64,000 nucleotides of DNA from Nemertoderma westbladi (GCA_032718475.1 JAUCBJ010006248.1:8759-72758); one strand, 5' to 3'. Positions 50,901 to 62,444 are shown, counted from the stretch's first letter. The notes: generated from the letters alone by a model not told the origin. Made by a program: numbers and translations.

Positions 50901-53900
50901 ATATCGTAACAGTATGGGTTCAACATGGATTCTTGGATTGGAAATGTGACGGATTTGGAATCAACAGCGCACTTTGTAATGTAGACTTACCTACCCTAAG
51001 GTGTGTGATGACCGCCGGTTCTCTTTCACACCACTAGTAGGCACAACCGAAGGCGTATGGGATCGAGAAACAGATTATTTGTGTCTCGCCGAAGCACTGG
51101 AGGCCCGGTGGAACGGGAAGCAGGGAGGGGGTTTCACCGGGGTTCTGGGGGCAATCCGTAGGAGGCGACTGTTCGGCCTGCGGCAGACGAATTCCCTCTG
51201 TCTCCGTGGAGGGCGCCGCCCCTGGCGCGGTCTCGGGTTTGGGGATAGGGCGGGAATCGTATGAACAGTCGACTGTCTAGATTTATCGGTTTCCGACCCG
51301 GACAGATGTTATCGCCTGCACAATGGTCTTCGATATTAACCTTAAATATTTCATATAAACTTTAGATATATAATAGAAACTTGATTTATTGTGCTATAAT
51401 TTCTACATTATTATTAAGTTCCACGCAATTATATTCGGTATGTGTTATTATATAATTACTTTTTTCCACTTTCGAATAAATCTACATGATCTAAGTCATA
51501 ATCTAGTATTTGACAGAGTTAGGTCCAATTCGGTAAACGTTAGGTACTGTAACATTAGGTACCATAGCGTTAGGTCCTGGTGTGCCTAGGTCCCTTACTT
51601 AATGTCTAGACTTAATATTTATCTTCGGTTATTGTTTTGGTTCGAAAATCCGTGCACTGCAACGTGCACAGAATCCCTTAATTGTCCCCAAGGACCCGAA
51701 CCCCCGAACACCCGAACCTTTTTGAGCTTATAATAGTTTATAGCTTATATAATAGTTTATAGCTTAAAATAGTTTATAGCTTATATAATAGTTTATAGCT
51801 TATATAATAGTTTATAGCTTATAATAGTTTATAGCTTATATAATAGTTTATAGCTTAAAATAGTTTATAGCTTATATAATAGTTTATAGCTTATATAATA
51901 GTTTATAGCTTTTATAATAGTTTATAGCTTATATAATAGTTTATAGCTTATAATAGTTTATAGCTTATATAATAGTTAATAGCTTATAATTCATTCATTC
52001 ATTGTGGCTATAATCAAATTAAATTGATATAATTGTGAAGTAAAAAGTGCACAGCACGAATAGAAATAGAAACTAAATAATTAATAAAATTAATTAATAG
52101 AATATAAAGTAATTATAAGGTTACATTGTGAAAGGCAGTAAAATGAATGGCGATGCACCAAATGATAATTGATACAGACAGATAATAAGAAACCATAAAA
52201 ACTGTCATTCAGTTTTGTTTCGTTGGGGCCGGTCAACTATACAATACATAATAGTATAATAGACATAGTTAGTTATTTGTACATGATAGTCTGCAGGTGG
52301 TTGTGAGTATCTATGTGTAAAGCGTGCCTGGGAGCCAACTAACAATAGAATATGTTCACAGTAAATTATAAAAAAGGCCATTTTTCAAGCGCTCAACTGT
52401 ACATGTACACTATATAACGTGTACACACTGTATAACTAAAAAGTCATAGAGGTCAGATTTCCCAGGAACCTGCTGTAATAGACAACATTCACTCTCATTG
52501 AATCCAGGGCAAGAGTTTGTGTTGTATTCTGAGGAAGGAGCTATCAGCTGGGTAAGATGTTTATTTGCGAGAGAGATCCCACTCTATAACTTGGCAATTG
52601 CTCAAATCCATTCAGCTGAATGGCACAGTAGAGCATTGATTCTGGGTTACAACTAATAAACAATCAATGACAAATTCTCGTTGATTTGCACACCAACGTC
52701 TAATAATTGGATGAAGTGTGTTCGAGAGCGAAGGATATTGAGCTCAACATAAGAACTTACATATTCTTAATCATCTCGAGAATTAATTAATTAATTAACG
52801 CGTAACCTATTCCATGGCCAGTACATATACAAAAACCACCATACAAAATTTGGTAACGCTCCACCGGTTCGTTTAGTAAAAAATAAGAAAAGTAAATTTT
52901 CTTCGGCCGTTAAGCTAGGGATTACGCACAAAGTCTGACGACTTATTTCCAGTGCGGTCCCCCCAGAACTTTACTTCCCAGAGGTAACTCCAGTACTCAT
53001 TTAGCTACCACTTAAGGATGCCAGGCAGAGATGCGCCCTGGCTGGTCCCTTTAAAGCATTCATGCCGAAACGAAAACTGCCCTGGCCCATGTGATGATCG
53101 AACCCACGACCTACGGGAAATGTGAATTCAATGCAACCACTACACAAAGGTGGTTTAGGCGGTGATACGGCTATGACAAATCTCCAATTTATTTAATGAC
53201 AAACATAGGTAGATAACCAGCCCATTCACAATTGTATTATAGATAATAATAAAACAAGTTAAATCTAGGTCTACCATTTAAATGCACCCAAATTTAATAA
53301 CCAAATTGTCGTGTGCCTATTATAAAGTTTCAAAATGTATGCTATTATACTTTTACTTTAATAGTCACTACTGGTGTGTGTAAGCATAATAATTATATTA
53401 TGCAATTTAACTTACAATAATTAAATCATGTTTTTTTGAAATTTGAACTTTACCATGCTCTATACATTATATTATCTTAGTTTTTCCTTATGCTGGAACA
53501 TATTTATTTTTAAATATTTCCTTGTTTCACATAGGACATGCAAGTACAGCAGTTCTTTAACGAAGGGACCCAATGCAGTGCCTGTCAGGATGGCCGTGTC
53601 TGTCGGGGTGGTTTGTGTGCGCTTCCTGATGAAGAGAGGGACCTGATAGAAGAATTACCAAATTGCTCCAATGAAGCACATCAAGATGTTAGTTTAGAAC
53701 AGTACTTTTAATAATTAACAATATAAATTTAAAGCTGTAAAAATAAATATTCTACTTTTTTATTATATTCTTGTCACAAATATTCTAGTAAGATGCTCGC
53801 CCATTGAATTATTTTTTTATTTTAAGTATCTTTTATTGTTAGTTATGGAATGTGATAGATTATTGCTCAAACATAAAAAAAAGAATGGCAGGCCTCGGCA

Positions 53901-56900
53901 AATTGCCGGGACCCAACACTGCACTGCAAGTACGATCAGCGGCGTAGCCAAGGGGGGGGGGGGGGGGGGGGGGGAATCCAAGGATTGATCCCAATATTGA
54001 AAAGAAAACCTGAACAGATAAAAATTATAGAAATTTGAGTTGCAATTAGAACATTATCACCATTATTGTCAGCAATTTCACCTTTGTAAACTCAGCAACA
54101 AACATGGACGGGTCCAGGAATTTCTTATTAGGGGGCTTAAATTTTTTTTACAATAATTATAATTATAATAATAGTACAATTTATGCAAATTCAGTTATTT
54201 ATTAGGACAGTATATAAGAAAGCATATAAAGTAAAAGAATAGTATATATACTATTATAGAAGTGCTTGCTATAAAGTGAAAATCTATAATAATTAATTTT
54301 AATTTATTAAAATTATTATTAACATTAATATAATATACGATTTTAATTAATCGTATGTGACGATTTAGCCTCTTGCCACGATGTTAAGAATGGCATTTAT
54401 AGCAATGTCAATGTCCCGATGAACACTCATGAGGGCAAGCCCAGAAAGACGCTCCTGGGTTATAGTTGATTGAAGGTAAGTTTTTAGGAGCTTTAATTTA
54501 GAAAACTAACGTTCCACTATGGCATTTGAAACTGGGGAGCAGCATTGCCATAGATGGCATGAATTGGTCCTCAGCCATCGTTATCAAAGTGGAAGAGGAA
54601 ATCACCAGCTTTAGTCCATCACTAAGTTGACTGCTTCCACCTCAACAGTAACAATGGTCTTTACTGGATCTAAATCTCCCGCAAACGTATCTGCTGCCTC
54701 CAATACTAGCTGTAAATTTATTTCAGTCCTAAATGCTGCTATAATTTCATGTAAGTTATAGTTGATTGAAGGTAAGTTTTTAGGAGCTTTAATTTAGAAA
54801 ACTAACGTTCCACTATGGCATTTGAAACAGGGGAGCAGCATTGCCACAGATGGCATGAATTGGTCCTCAGCCATCGTGATCAAAGTGGAAAAGGAAGTCA
54901 CCAGCTTCAGTCCATCACTAAGTTGACTGCTTCCACCTCAGCAGTAACAATGGTCTTTAGTGGATCTAAATCTGCCGCAAACGTATCTGCTGCCTCCAAT
55001 ACTAGCTGTAAACTTCTTTCAGTTCTAAATGCTGGTATAAGTTCCTGTAAATGGACAACAGGAAGGACGTTGTCACTGAACTGTCGTTTCAGCTCGCCCA
55101 AGATATGATCCAGAAATGGCAAAAATATTGCTACTCTATTATAAGTTTCTGGATCAGACACAGGAGGATTAGCACGATTGCATTGACGCCCAACTAACCT
55201 CGGAATTGTGATATCCTGATTAAGGTCTACAGCAAGATTCTTAACCTCTACAAATACCATACTGAAGGTTACCTCATAGCTTTTCCTCATGGACTCAAAT
55301 TACTTAACCTCGTCATGAACACGAGCTAATATTGATTCAATATTGACCAATATTGATTTTGGGGTTTTGAAGTGCCTCGCTAAGTGAACTGTTTGCTGGA
55401 AACAGCGAAAAGCAGTCTTTAGGGATACGAGCAATACTATTCCCAAACACGCCTGTAGTAGCTGATGAACATGGCTTACTACCTTTGGATCTTTCACATT
55501 AGCTTTTTATCCGAATAGAAGTCAGGCATATCGATAATAGATAAGTAAAGCTCATCGAAGTGACGTTTAGAATCATGTCTCTCAACCCACCTAGAACAAC
55601 AATTTTAACGATTTCAACGATTTTAACAGGAATTGATAGATAAGTAAAAATATTAGTCCATTATATAAAAATTTAGTACAAAACGTTGCACCTAATATTT
55701 AAAAAGTGTATACACTCATTTAGAAGTTATTGGAATTTTGGTGTCTGCCATTTAGTGCCTATTAGTGCCTATTTAGTATTTATTGTTATTAACAAATAAA
55801 AATAGTTTTAATCGATGATGTCGTGTTGAATAAAATTATTGGTCAACATTTTTTGATATTGATTATATATTTAATTATTTTCATCTTTTTTAAAAAAAAC
55901 TACCATTTTTCACATTTCGAAGCCAATAAAATGAGGTAGGATCAAAATTTTAAATTGTGACCAATACTTTTGAAGACAACAAGCTTTTGATTAATATGTT
56001 CAAATTTCAACAAAAAATATTAAAAATTGGCAGAAGAGTAGCGTTTTTAATTTCGTAGGAATGAAAAAAATTCCGTTCCGAGATAAATGCCTTTAAAGTT
56101 TGAACCTTCCCGCACAAATCTGTCTGTCAATGAATGTCTGTCAATATTCATCTAGCAACAAAAAGCACAAAACCATGCTATGATTTTTGAAATGGAAATA
56201 GGAATAGCTTATAGCCAAATTGTGGCGGTGGTGGCTGAAACAATGGAGTGGCTGCACTAGTGATTGTAATTGCAATCCATTAAATTCGCCCATCATCCGA
56301 CCCGCACCATAATAACCTTGGCCCTGACAGTCTTCCAAAGTTAACCCGATTCCTGTACGGAATCCATGATTAGGAAGTGGATTAGGAAGTCATAGAATTC
56401 ATCAGAAACTTAAGGTCTGATTATTTAGAGCAGCAGTAGTTCCAGTACTCCTCTATGGGAGTCCATGCTGGGGTCTAATTGCTGAGGACACCATCCATCT
56501 GGATGGCACATTCACAAGAAGACTACACTGGGTCCACTGTTTCAAGTACAATGCACACATCTCCAACCAGACACTATATAACATTGTAGGTGTCTCATTG
56601 GTTCCCTCAACCTTGACACTAGAACAAAGCCGCCTCCGCTTTACAGGACATTGCTTTCGCTGTGAGGACCAGCCAGTGCATAATCGTTTTCTTTGGCGGC
56701 CTCATGGAGTGAATAAGCATAGTGGACAGCCCATGACTTACTTGAGACGCATCTTAAAGGACACTGGCTTTGAAGATGCGGATGATCATGTGTGATATGG
56801 AGTTGTGGCGGCGCAGTTTTGTTGAAAAGCCAGCACAGCATTCTTAATATATATGTAATATATACACCATGACCCGTAATATAGTGTCATTTTCTTATGA

Positions 56901-59900
56901 CACGGACCCCCCCCCCCCAAATTTTTCGACAAATCTTTATCATATTGCTTGAAATTTGAAACAGAACTTGTTCAAGAAAATGACACGTGTCATCAGAAAA
57001 TGACACTATATTACGGGTCATGGTGTACATGCAATGCATATATATATGCAATGCAGCATGCCGATTGCATGGCGACAGCATTCGGCAGCAATGCCGAATT
57101 CCAAGGTGGTCCACGATTCACGCTAGTTCTTCAGAAGCAGTCTGCGATTTACCCTAGTTCTTTTGAGGTGGTCCTTGATGCACCCTAGTGCTTCGGAGGC
57201 AGTCTGCAATTCACCATAATTCTTCCGGGGCAGTCCTCGATTCACCCAAGTGTTTCCAAGGCAGTCCATGATTCACTCTGGGACTTCCGAGGTGGTCCGT
57301 AATTCACCCTAGTGCTTCTGAGGCGGTCCGTGATTCACCCTAGTGCTTCCGAGGCGGTCAATGAATAACCCTAGTGCTTCCGAGGCAGCCTGTGAATCAC
57401 CCTAGGGCTTCCGAGGCAGTCCACAATTCACTATAGTGCTTCTGAGGTGGTCGGTGATTCACTCTAGTTCTTCAGAGGCTGTCTGTGATTTACCCTATTT
57501 TTTTTAGGTTGTCTTTGATGCACCCTAGTGCTTCTAAGGCAGTCTGCAATTCACCCTAATTCTTCCAGGACAGTCTACGATTCACCTTGGTGCTTCTGAG
57601 GCGTTCTGCAATTCACTTTAATTATTCCGAGTTGGGCTGAGATTTAACCTAGTGCTTCTGAGGCGGTCAATGAATCACCCTATTTCTTCTGCGGCAATCT
57701 GCGATTCACCCTATTACTTCCAAGGTGGTCCGCAATTCAACCTAGTGCTTCTGAGGTGGTGTGCGATTCATCCTAGTGCTTCCAAGGCAGTCCATGATGC
57801 ACCCTATTGCTTCCGAAGTGGTCTGTGATTCATCCTAGTGCTACCAAGGCAGTCCACAATGCACCCTAGCGGTGCCAAGGTGGTCCGCAATTCATCTGGT
57901 GCTACCAAGGCGGTCCGTTATTCACCCTATTGCTACCAAGGTGGTCCGCAATGCACCCTAGTGGTACCAAGGCAGTCCGCGATTCACCCTAGTGCTACCA
58001 AGGCGGTCCGCAATGCACCCTAGTGGTACCAAGGTGGTCCGCAATTCACCCTAATTATACCAAGGGGTCCACGATTCACCTGGTGCTACCAAGGTGGTCC
58101 GTGATTCAACCTAGTGCTTCCAAGGCGGTCCGATATTCACCTTAGTGCTACCAAGGCAGTCCACAATGCACCCTAGCGGTAGCAAGGCAGTCCGCGATTC
58201 ACCTGGTGCTACCAAGGTGATCCGTGATTCACCCTAGTGCTTCCAAGGCGATTCACTCTAGTGTTTCAGGGCCGATGATTGTTAGTTAGTTATTTATGAT
58301 ATTAATATTGGTTTTATTTTCAGATTAAGTTACATGTTAAAGTTTCAGAAAGTTTTCTAATTACGCATAATACGAATATGTCCAAATTGTAGGTTTTGGA
58401 AGCTTCTAAACGCTGCAACGGACGTTGCTCTCATTGTACCAATGATGGTGGTTCTATGACAGTTAATGGACGATGGTGTCAGGACGAAGAGGAATGTGAT
58501 TGCGACGTATCTACTCATGTCGTCTGTAACGCCCACTACACACCAATATTATGTCATCTAAAATCTGAAACTAATGCTAAATGCGGTTTGTGTATTCTGT
58601 ACTACGAACAATACGAACAAGTAATATTAATTTTACATGGATACATTTACTGTAGCTTATATTTCAGAAGGTTTGTTAGAAATTACCCAATAATGTGATT
58701 CAGCCGCTAAGACTAATGGTAACATTCCTGACTGAGCATTCCAGGGCTTCTAATCAGGAGGCCCTGGTTCGAACCCTAGATAGAGCTGTCAATAAATGGG
58801 AACAAGATTTGACAGAAAACCAGACATTTTTGGTTTTTTTTGTTTTTTTTGGTTTTGGGGGGGGGTCATATTGACCCCCCACCCCCCCCCCCCCCCCCCC
58901 CCCCCTCTAAAATCTACAAATTTTTACGAAAACGTCTGATTTTTTGTTTGTACGTAGGTATCACTCACTAGTCTGGATCCGACCGAAAAAAAAAATTTTC
59001 GAAAAAATGTACTGGGGTGGTTATATTGCAGCACCAAAATTACAAGTAGTGCACAATTTTCACAAAATTTGAAAGTTACATTTTCGGCTAATTATTTTTC
59101 AATACAGGTTTTCTGGGGTGCAAAATACATTGGAAAATATTAAAAAATGATATGATTACTATAAATGGCTGTTTAGTCCTCTCTGCCTAGGAAAAAAATG
59201 AAAAAAACAAGTAACCAGCACTTTTCAGTTAGAACACAAAATTTTTAATTCACTTATACGATGCTATAAATTCACATTTTCAGGTTTTCGAGGGCGCTGA
59301 TTCTAATGGAATACATTTCTAATATGCCAGATCATTGCTACTTGTATTTTTCGGCGTAATTTGGGAAATTTTGGTGCTAGCACCAAATTTCGTACCCTTC
59401 ACCAAAAAGTACAAGTTATGATATTCCTGATATTCCTGATTCCATCGGATTCAGGACCCTCATAAACCCGTATAACGCAAGAAACAAGGTGATACAATCT
59501 ACTTATCAATTTGCATATTTTCCAAAATTTGGTGCTGGCACAACAATTTTCACCCACCGGCGAAAAATACAAGTTTGAGAACTCTTCTAAAATTTTTACT
59601 GATTCCTACTGATACAAACCCGTATAACGCAAGAAAAAAGGTGACACAATCAATTGATATAATATTTGATGGTTTTCAAAATTTGGTGCTAGCACCACAT
59701 TTTGCACCCACATCCGAAAAATACAAGTTTGAGATGTCTAGTTCGATAATTATATTTTCCATTGAATTCAGAACAGCCATAAACCTCTAAAACGCAAGAA
59801 ATAAATTGACGCAAGCAATTTTATCTATTGAATGGATTTTCAAAATTTCGTGCTAGCACCAAAATTTGAACACAGCACCTAAATACAAGTTTGATACGCT

Positions 59901-60755
59901 TGGTGCAACTCGTATATATTTCATAAAATCCAGAAACCCAAAAACCCCAATTGCGTAAAAAACAAGTTTCAAACGATAAATTTACAAAATTGACTTATTT
60001 CAAAATTTGGTGCTGGCACCAAAATTTGGCACCCACCGAAAAAAACAAGTTTGAAATTTCTAAATCAATTTATATGAATTCCATCAAATTTCTAACTCCA
60101 AAAAACCGGTGTAAATCAAAAATAGAGATGTTACAATTCATATTTAATGAAATGTAATTTTCAAAAAACGTCTCAAAAAAAGTCCCAAAAGTAGGGTTAA
60201 AAAATGGTGCTATAACTCGAAAAGTACCCAATATTTTTGAAAAGGGTTTTCACTACTAGGAAGAAAATAGATTTTTAGGAAAAGGCATAAAATTTCAGAC
60301 TGCGTTTGTTTCATCAGAATTATAATAAAAAAACCACGGGGGGGGGGGGGGTCATATTGACCCCCCCCCCCTCCGGGTTTAATAGGGTTAACTTGTTCTA
60401 CCTATTTACTTTTTCGTCACACCAACTTTTAATAATCCAAATTTATTCTGGGAAAGCGTCTGAAGAACTAGCAATGCTATTTCAGTCGTCTACCAGAAGT
60501 AATTTTTTTTACTTCACCGAACAACCCCAAATGGTAAAGCATTTCTAATTTACTCAATTTTTAAAACAATTAATTTCTGATTATATAATGATTCCACCTT
60601 TACCCATCCCATATTAGATTGTCGTGGTGTTTTCGATGCGGTTATGGAATGCAGTTCAGACTTCGGAAATCAAGACGTGTGCGGTTTATGTAATAATGGT
60701 ATTGGTGAATGCCCTGCTGGTGAAGATGAATCTGAGCAAGCTTGTAAAAATACAG
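20695..60755 (+). CDS. Paralogue 2 (5' part): secreted CAP/SCP (CRISP/PR-1/venom allergen-like) protein with Cys-rich and LDLa-like modules; ShKT exons expected beyond the window
   Basis: Exons 20695-20945, 21271-21426, 22650-22875, 53535-53687, 58393-58585, 60618-60755. GT-AG, phases 2/2/0/0/1/1, frame open throughout. Hydrophobic N-terminus; CAP motifs HNDRRR, MNELVWDADL..AQQWA, GQNI, CGHFDQ, VCEY. Confidence 0.88.
21160..21262. repeat. (TATAAGA)n microsatellite just before the exon 2 acceptor
   Basis: 7-bp tandem units. Confidence 0.8.
21271..21426 (+). CDS. Paralogue 2 exon 2: CAP middle
   Basis: ttcag|..CSNAHG..GLGQNI..FYDEV|gtgagt. Confidence 0.87.
21446..21722 (+). mobile_element. 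tRNA-derived SINE family 2
   Basis: ggtgtagtgg A box, ggttcgatcc B box, (tttac)n tail; copies at 52885-53153 and 62445-62697. Confidence 0.8.
22650..22875 (+). CDS. Paralogue 2 exon 3: CAP C-terminus
   Basis: cccag|..CGHFDQLM..KIACA..FLVCEY..CLF|gtaagt. Confidence 0.88.
23145..23702 (-). repeat. Element A 3' LTR, U5-side piece
   Basis: About 97% identical (manual count) to 48976-49533. Confidence 0.9.
23703..24275 (-). repeat. Element B 3' LTR
   Basis: Minus strand starts TGTTAGCGG after the PPT (24276-24285); 23703-23913 matches 30858-31069. Confidence 0.8.
24700..25240. repeat. Low-complexity ctaactct array in element B 3' region
   Basis: C/T/A-rich degenerate tandem repeats. Confidence 0.75.
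25598..30799 (-). pseudogene. Element B gag-protease polyprotein, frameshifted
   Basis: ORFs 28943-30799, 28232-28630, 27488-28171, 26769-27755 (FDG..EY..F..L..YTGGPA..AW..LDREYG, BEL gag/DUF1759-like), off-track frame CQLH..HKTRSC/CHRC..GH, and 25598-26617 (LVDSGA). Confidence 0.85.
28700..29410. repeat. Tandem repeats in element B gag (about 140-bp units, then 60-bp x5)
   Basis: Repeated cgtggtggggcgcccgtag and gtggcctaccaggc blocks. Confidence 0.8.
30858..31068 (-). repeat. Element B 5' LTR (R-U5 side only)
   Basis: tgttacgggatccgagaatccc.. near-identical to the left copy. Confidence 0.88.
31069..32428 (-). mobile_element. Gypsy element C fragment: integrase, PPT and 3' LTR
   Basis: Integrase ORF 31413-32429; PPT AGGGGGGA then LTR 31274-31069 (TGTTATA..TATGATA). 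Confidence 0.85.
31413..32429 (-). CDS. Gypsy-type integrase (5'-truncated)
   Basis: CLEC, VDLL, VDHFTKW, SDQGPNF, TTPYH..NGVVER, TPFFLMHGR, GPF motif. Confidence 0.88.
   Translation of the reverse strand: MYRDTVRFCNSCLECLTRKPPHRYQKVPLTAITSYYPMELMAVDLLSLPLSIEGNKFALVFVDHFTKWVIAIALRDECATTVAKALIDHVICQHGVPNKLLSDQGPNFTSSLIKEVSKLLGIEKIFTTPYHQQCNGVVERMNRTICDILSHLVNDHGTDWDCYLDQVTFAYNSSYHMTTGETPFFLMHGRDPQFPFDNFLNFIPRKYAEVEDFALDLKDSLTTTFQMVRNKLAKEHINWSTQYNKKTLKHGFNVGDRVFLHSMSECKGPNHKFARPFLGPFKIMKLSEHNADLLSNHSESHTHETFTVNVSHLKRCPRDLDMMTKPYLGIAIGQLKLD
32429..32825 (-). repeat. Element A 3' LTR, U3-side piece
   Basis: Matches 50552-50911 plus about 37 extra bp; ends cgtaaca. Confidence 0.9.
32955..33140. 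repeat. About 60-bp tandem x3 in element A 3' UTR
   Basis: aatgattac..tacaaattaaatttacaaaa(a)tatt repeated. Confidence 0.7.
34263..35021 (-). CDS. Accessory ORF (252 aa, unknown function) downstream of the element A integrase
   Basis: Uninterrupted non-repetitive ORF in the env position; CGEC..CQAH; upstream 3' splice site. Confidence 0.55.
   Translation of the reverse strand: MDLSPGRKRNYHSPDMGVRTLMFTTMGDRMEVLRKEYRTRYPHDFALDVCNISADPDEEIARLYHMNMYLRHDEPLRAVRDRFDGIHLYRRTRGEDEEMPKVFSVYKLFYKCGECMNKQDIAIPDRLNKQNPEPILTRCQAHQFLRYNEEGYPMSNTMISIDFSRKRPPRPITPTITTLDPYTEIKPCSTPALIEAAAISLYRAYKDLEARREAAWESSTKPTELELSNPWTMFTSLHQERKLTHPSRIQTR
35812..47857 (-). pseudogene. Element A gag-pol polyprotein, disrupted
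   Basis: Coiled-coil gag N-terminus (45856-47857), gag core (44902-45600), CCHC x3 and LDTAS protease (43611-44942), RT FYMDD (42082-43593), RNaseH FSDAS..TVPRAELQAA, integrase GVDCFGP..SDKGTNF..GGSWERLV. Confidence 0.92.
36325..42070. repeat. Tandem triplication of the RNaseH-integrase block (1922, 1922 and 1902 bp)
   Basis: Identical junction ctgaacaaat|ctcgatttc at 38246/7 and 40168/9. Confidence 0.93.
48976..50911 (-). repeat. Element A 5' LTR (1936 bp)
   Basis: tgttaaac...cgtaaca; both ends match the split left LTR. Confidence 0.9.
51722..51990. repeat. 17/19-bp AT-rich minisatellite (ttatataatagtttatagc)
   Basis: About 14 tandem units. Confidence 0.9.
52885..53153 (-). mobile_element. 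tRNA-derived SINE family 2
   Basis: Reverse complement of 21446-21722. Confidence 0.8.
53535..53687 (+). CDS. Paralogue 2 exon 4: Cys-rich hinge
   Basis: 6 differences from 680-832; acatag|..|gttagt. Confidence 0.87.
53937..56360 (-). mobile_element. Degenerate hAT transposon (ZMYM1/PRKRIR-like transposase)
   Basis: CQGQGYYGAGRMMG, HCFSH..NLAI, PRLVGRQ..RAN, ER*FSKLKLLKTYLQST..ERLSGLALMSVH; TIR-like cagcggcgtagcca-polyG; internal tandem duplication of about 296 bp (54460-55050). Confidence 0.8.
56370..56847 (+). mobile_element. RTE-like LINE 3' fragment
   Basis: Same family as 121-460 and 18240-19680. Confidence 0.8.
56865..57025. mobile_element. Tc1/mariner-like MITE
   Basis: TIRs of about 40 bp (caccatgacccgtaatatagtgtcattttct), TA flanks. 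Confidence 0.75.
57095..58265. repeat. 30-bp minisatellite (gattcaccctagtgcttccaaggcggtccg)
   Basis: About 39 degenerate tandem units. Confidence 0.9.
58393..58585 (+). CDS. Paralogue 2 exon 5: 9-Cys module
   Basis: Homologous to 4401-4593; all Cys kept. Confidence 0.87.
58855..60390. mobile_element. Non-autonomous DNA transposon with internal repeats (piggyBac-like GGG-TTAA end)
   Basis: ggggtcatattgacccc near both ends, repeated aaatttggtgctagcacc, terminus atagggttaa; a similar end ttaaccctatt at ~2177. Confidence 0.5.
60618..60755 (+). CDS. Paralogue 2 exon 6: LDLa-like module
   Basis: Homologous to 8274-8411; ttag|..|gtaagc. Confidence 0.87.
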
Positions 60756-60929
60756 GTAAGCAGAATATTTGTTGGATATATGTTGGCTATTAGTTGGGGG
60801 GGGGGGGGAATGTTTGTGTGTAGAACATTATGCAATATCTCATATGTTTGTCTGTTGGATTTTCTAAATGGTTTTGAAGTGCATGTCATTTTGCTTCTTA
60901 GAATTTTTTTTTATTGTCAATGTCTGGAT

Positions 60930-62215
60930 TCCGAATCGTCTTGGCAGACGGACATGCCTGATCCCAAACCAGACACAAGCCTCATCAGTTTAAACAATGT
61001 ATGAGATTCGACCAATGAGGTTCATAATGCGACCCAGGAATATCTCAACACAAGGTTCTAAACCCATACGCCATCCATCGGTGGCAACCAGTACATGGTC
61101 CAGTGACTCCTGGGCTTCGGCGCTATCGATGCACTATCGTCAATTTGATGAATGACCCAAACCTTAAGACTCAAACCAAGATCTCTGTCCAAATTCCCGA
61201 TAACCAACAGCGACCGATATCTCGTTACCTCATGGTGTTTTAAAGATATTCAAACTCTCTGGTGAGAAACAATAGCTTCAAAGCCCTCAAATCTTTCTGT
61301 ATCAAACACCATGGGGCAGTCTCCTCTCTCAAGTAGGGTGACAACCAGGGACCTCCACACCTCTTATCTGATTGACACTATCGCTGCTAAGCTCCCTCAG
61401 TAACTCCAGGATCAGTGGGAAAAGCAGCATTTCTACTACCATCACATAACTCTCTCCATTTTCAATTTGGATGAATTTATTCAGGGTCACCCGAGTATGA
61501 AACATATCCGCACAACGCCCAAGCAGAAGACCCAGATCCAGAGTTCCCTCAACCCTGGAGATCAGTGACCCGAGAACTCGAAAGGGGCATGGGAATCCAC
61601 TCAAACTTCAAGTCGAGACCATATAAACCCACACTGCCACTGTACTTGGGTGACAGTAGCTCCCAAATAATGGAATCCCGTGTCTCCCAGGGTCGCAGAA
61701 ACTGTCCAAAGTGCAATGGGGCTCATGAACTGTTTTCCTGCGAGAAATTCAAATCCCTTTCGCTATAAAAGTGCTCCAATTTCGTAAACCAATCCCAATA
61801 TTGATTCACCTGTCAAAAGGCCAAACATCGTGCTATAGCATGCCGAACAAAGAAACCTTGTTTGATTGTTGGCAGCTTCAGATGCCATCATAAACTCCTT
61901 CATAATACTCCTCTATTCACGACCACCCTCTCGACTCCCGCCTCTGTGACAGACATTATTCCACAACCAACTGAGGCTGTCCCTGAGTTGGTGAATGTAT
62001 TGAGTACCTCGGCACACCATGTTGCTTCGTTCGTGGCTATCCAACTCATTCCCCATTCGAAACATATTGCTCTCCTAGATAATGTGAGCAAAGTAACTTT
62101 TAGTCAAAGCAATCTTACTGATAAACTCTGTTTAAAGTGTAAGTCTCAAACTGTAAATTTCTCTACAATAAACTTGAGTAGTGAAGAGTTCCTATCGAGA
62201 TCTGCACCTAAAAAC
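60930..62215 (+). mobile_element. Third BEL/Pao remnant (gag Zn knuckles and protease start)
   Basis: CPKCNGAHELFSC, TCQKAKH..C, CHHKLLH, ALLDN; many stops. Confidence 0.7.
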
Positions 62216-62444
62216 ATTTAAACAAAACATTAAAAACATTAAAAACATTTTTTTTTTAATTTAAAATTTACTAGCTATTTTTAATTTAAAAAAAAACTAG
62301 CTACATGTTCTAGAGCGTTATATTTTTTATTTTATTTATTGAAGTAGAAGCTTGTAAATCCAATAATAAAGAGTTAATTGTATTTAATTTAATCATTCAC
62401 ACACTCAAAATTAATTGCAACTTTAGTCCACTTTGGTCCAAATA

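Larger units (their letters stand above)
23145..50911 (-). mobile_element. BEL/Pao LTR retrotransposon A (full length, degenerate, with nested insertions)
   Basis: TG..CA LTRs; 5-bp TSD GTATG at 23140-23144 and 50912-50916; gag-PR-RT-RH-IN order on the minus strand. Confidence 0.93.

Noticed and set aside
57095-58265. CRISPR-like array or repeat-protein exon
   Set aside because: Contiguous 30-bp units with no unique spacers, frequent stops and eukaryotic context.
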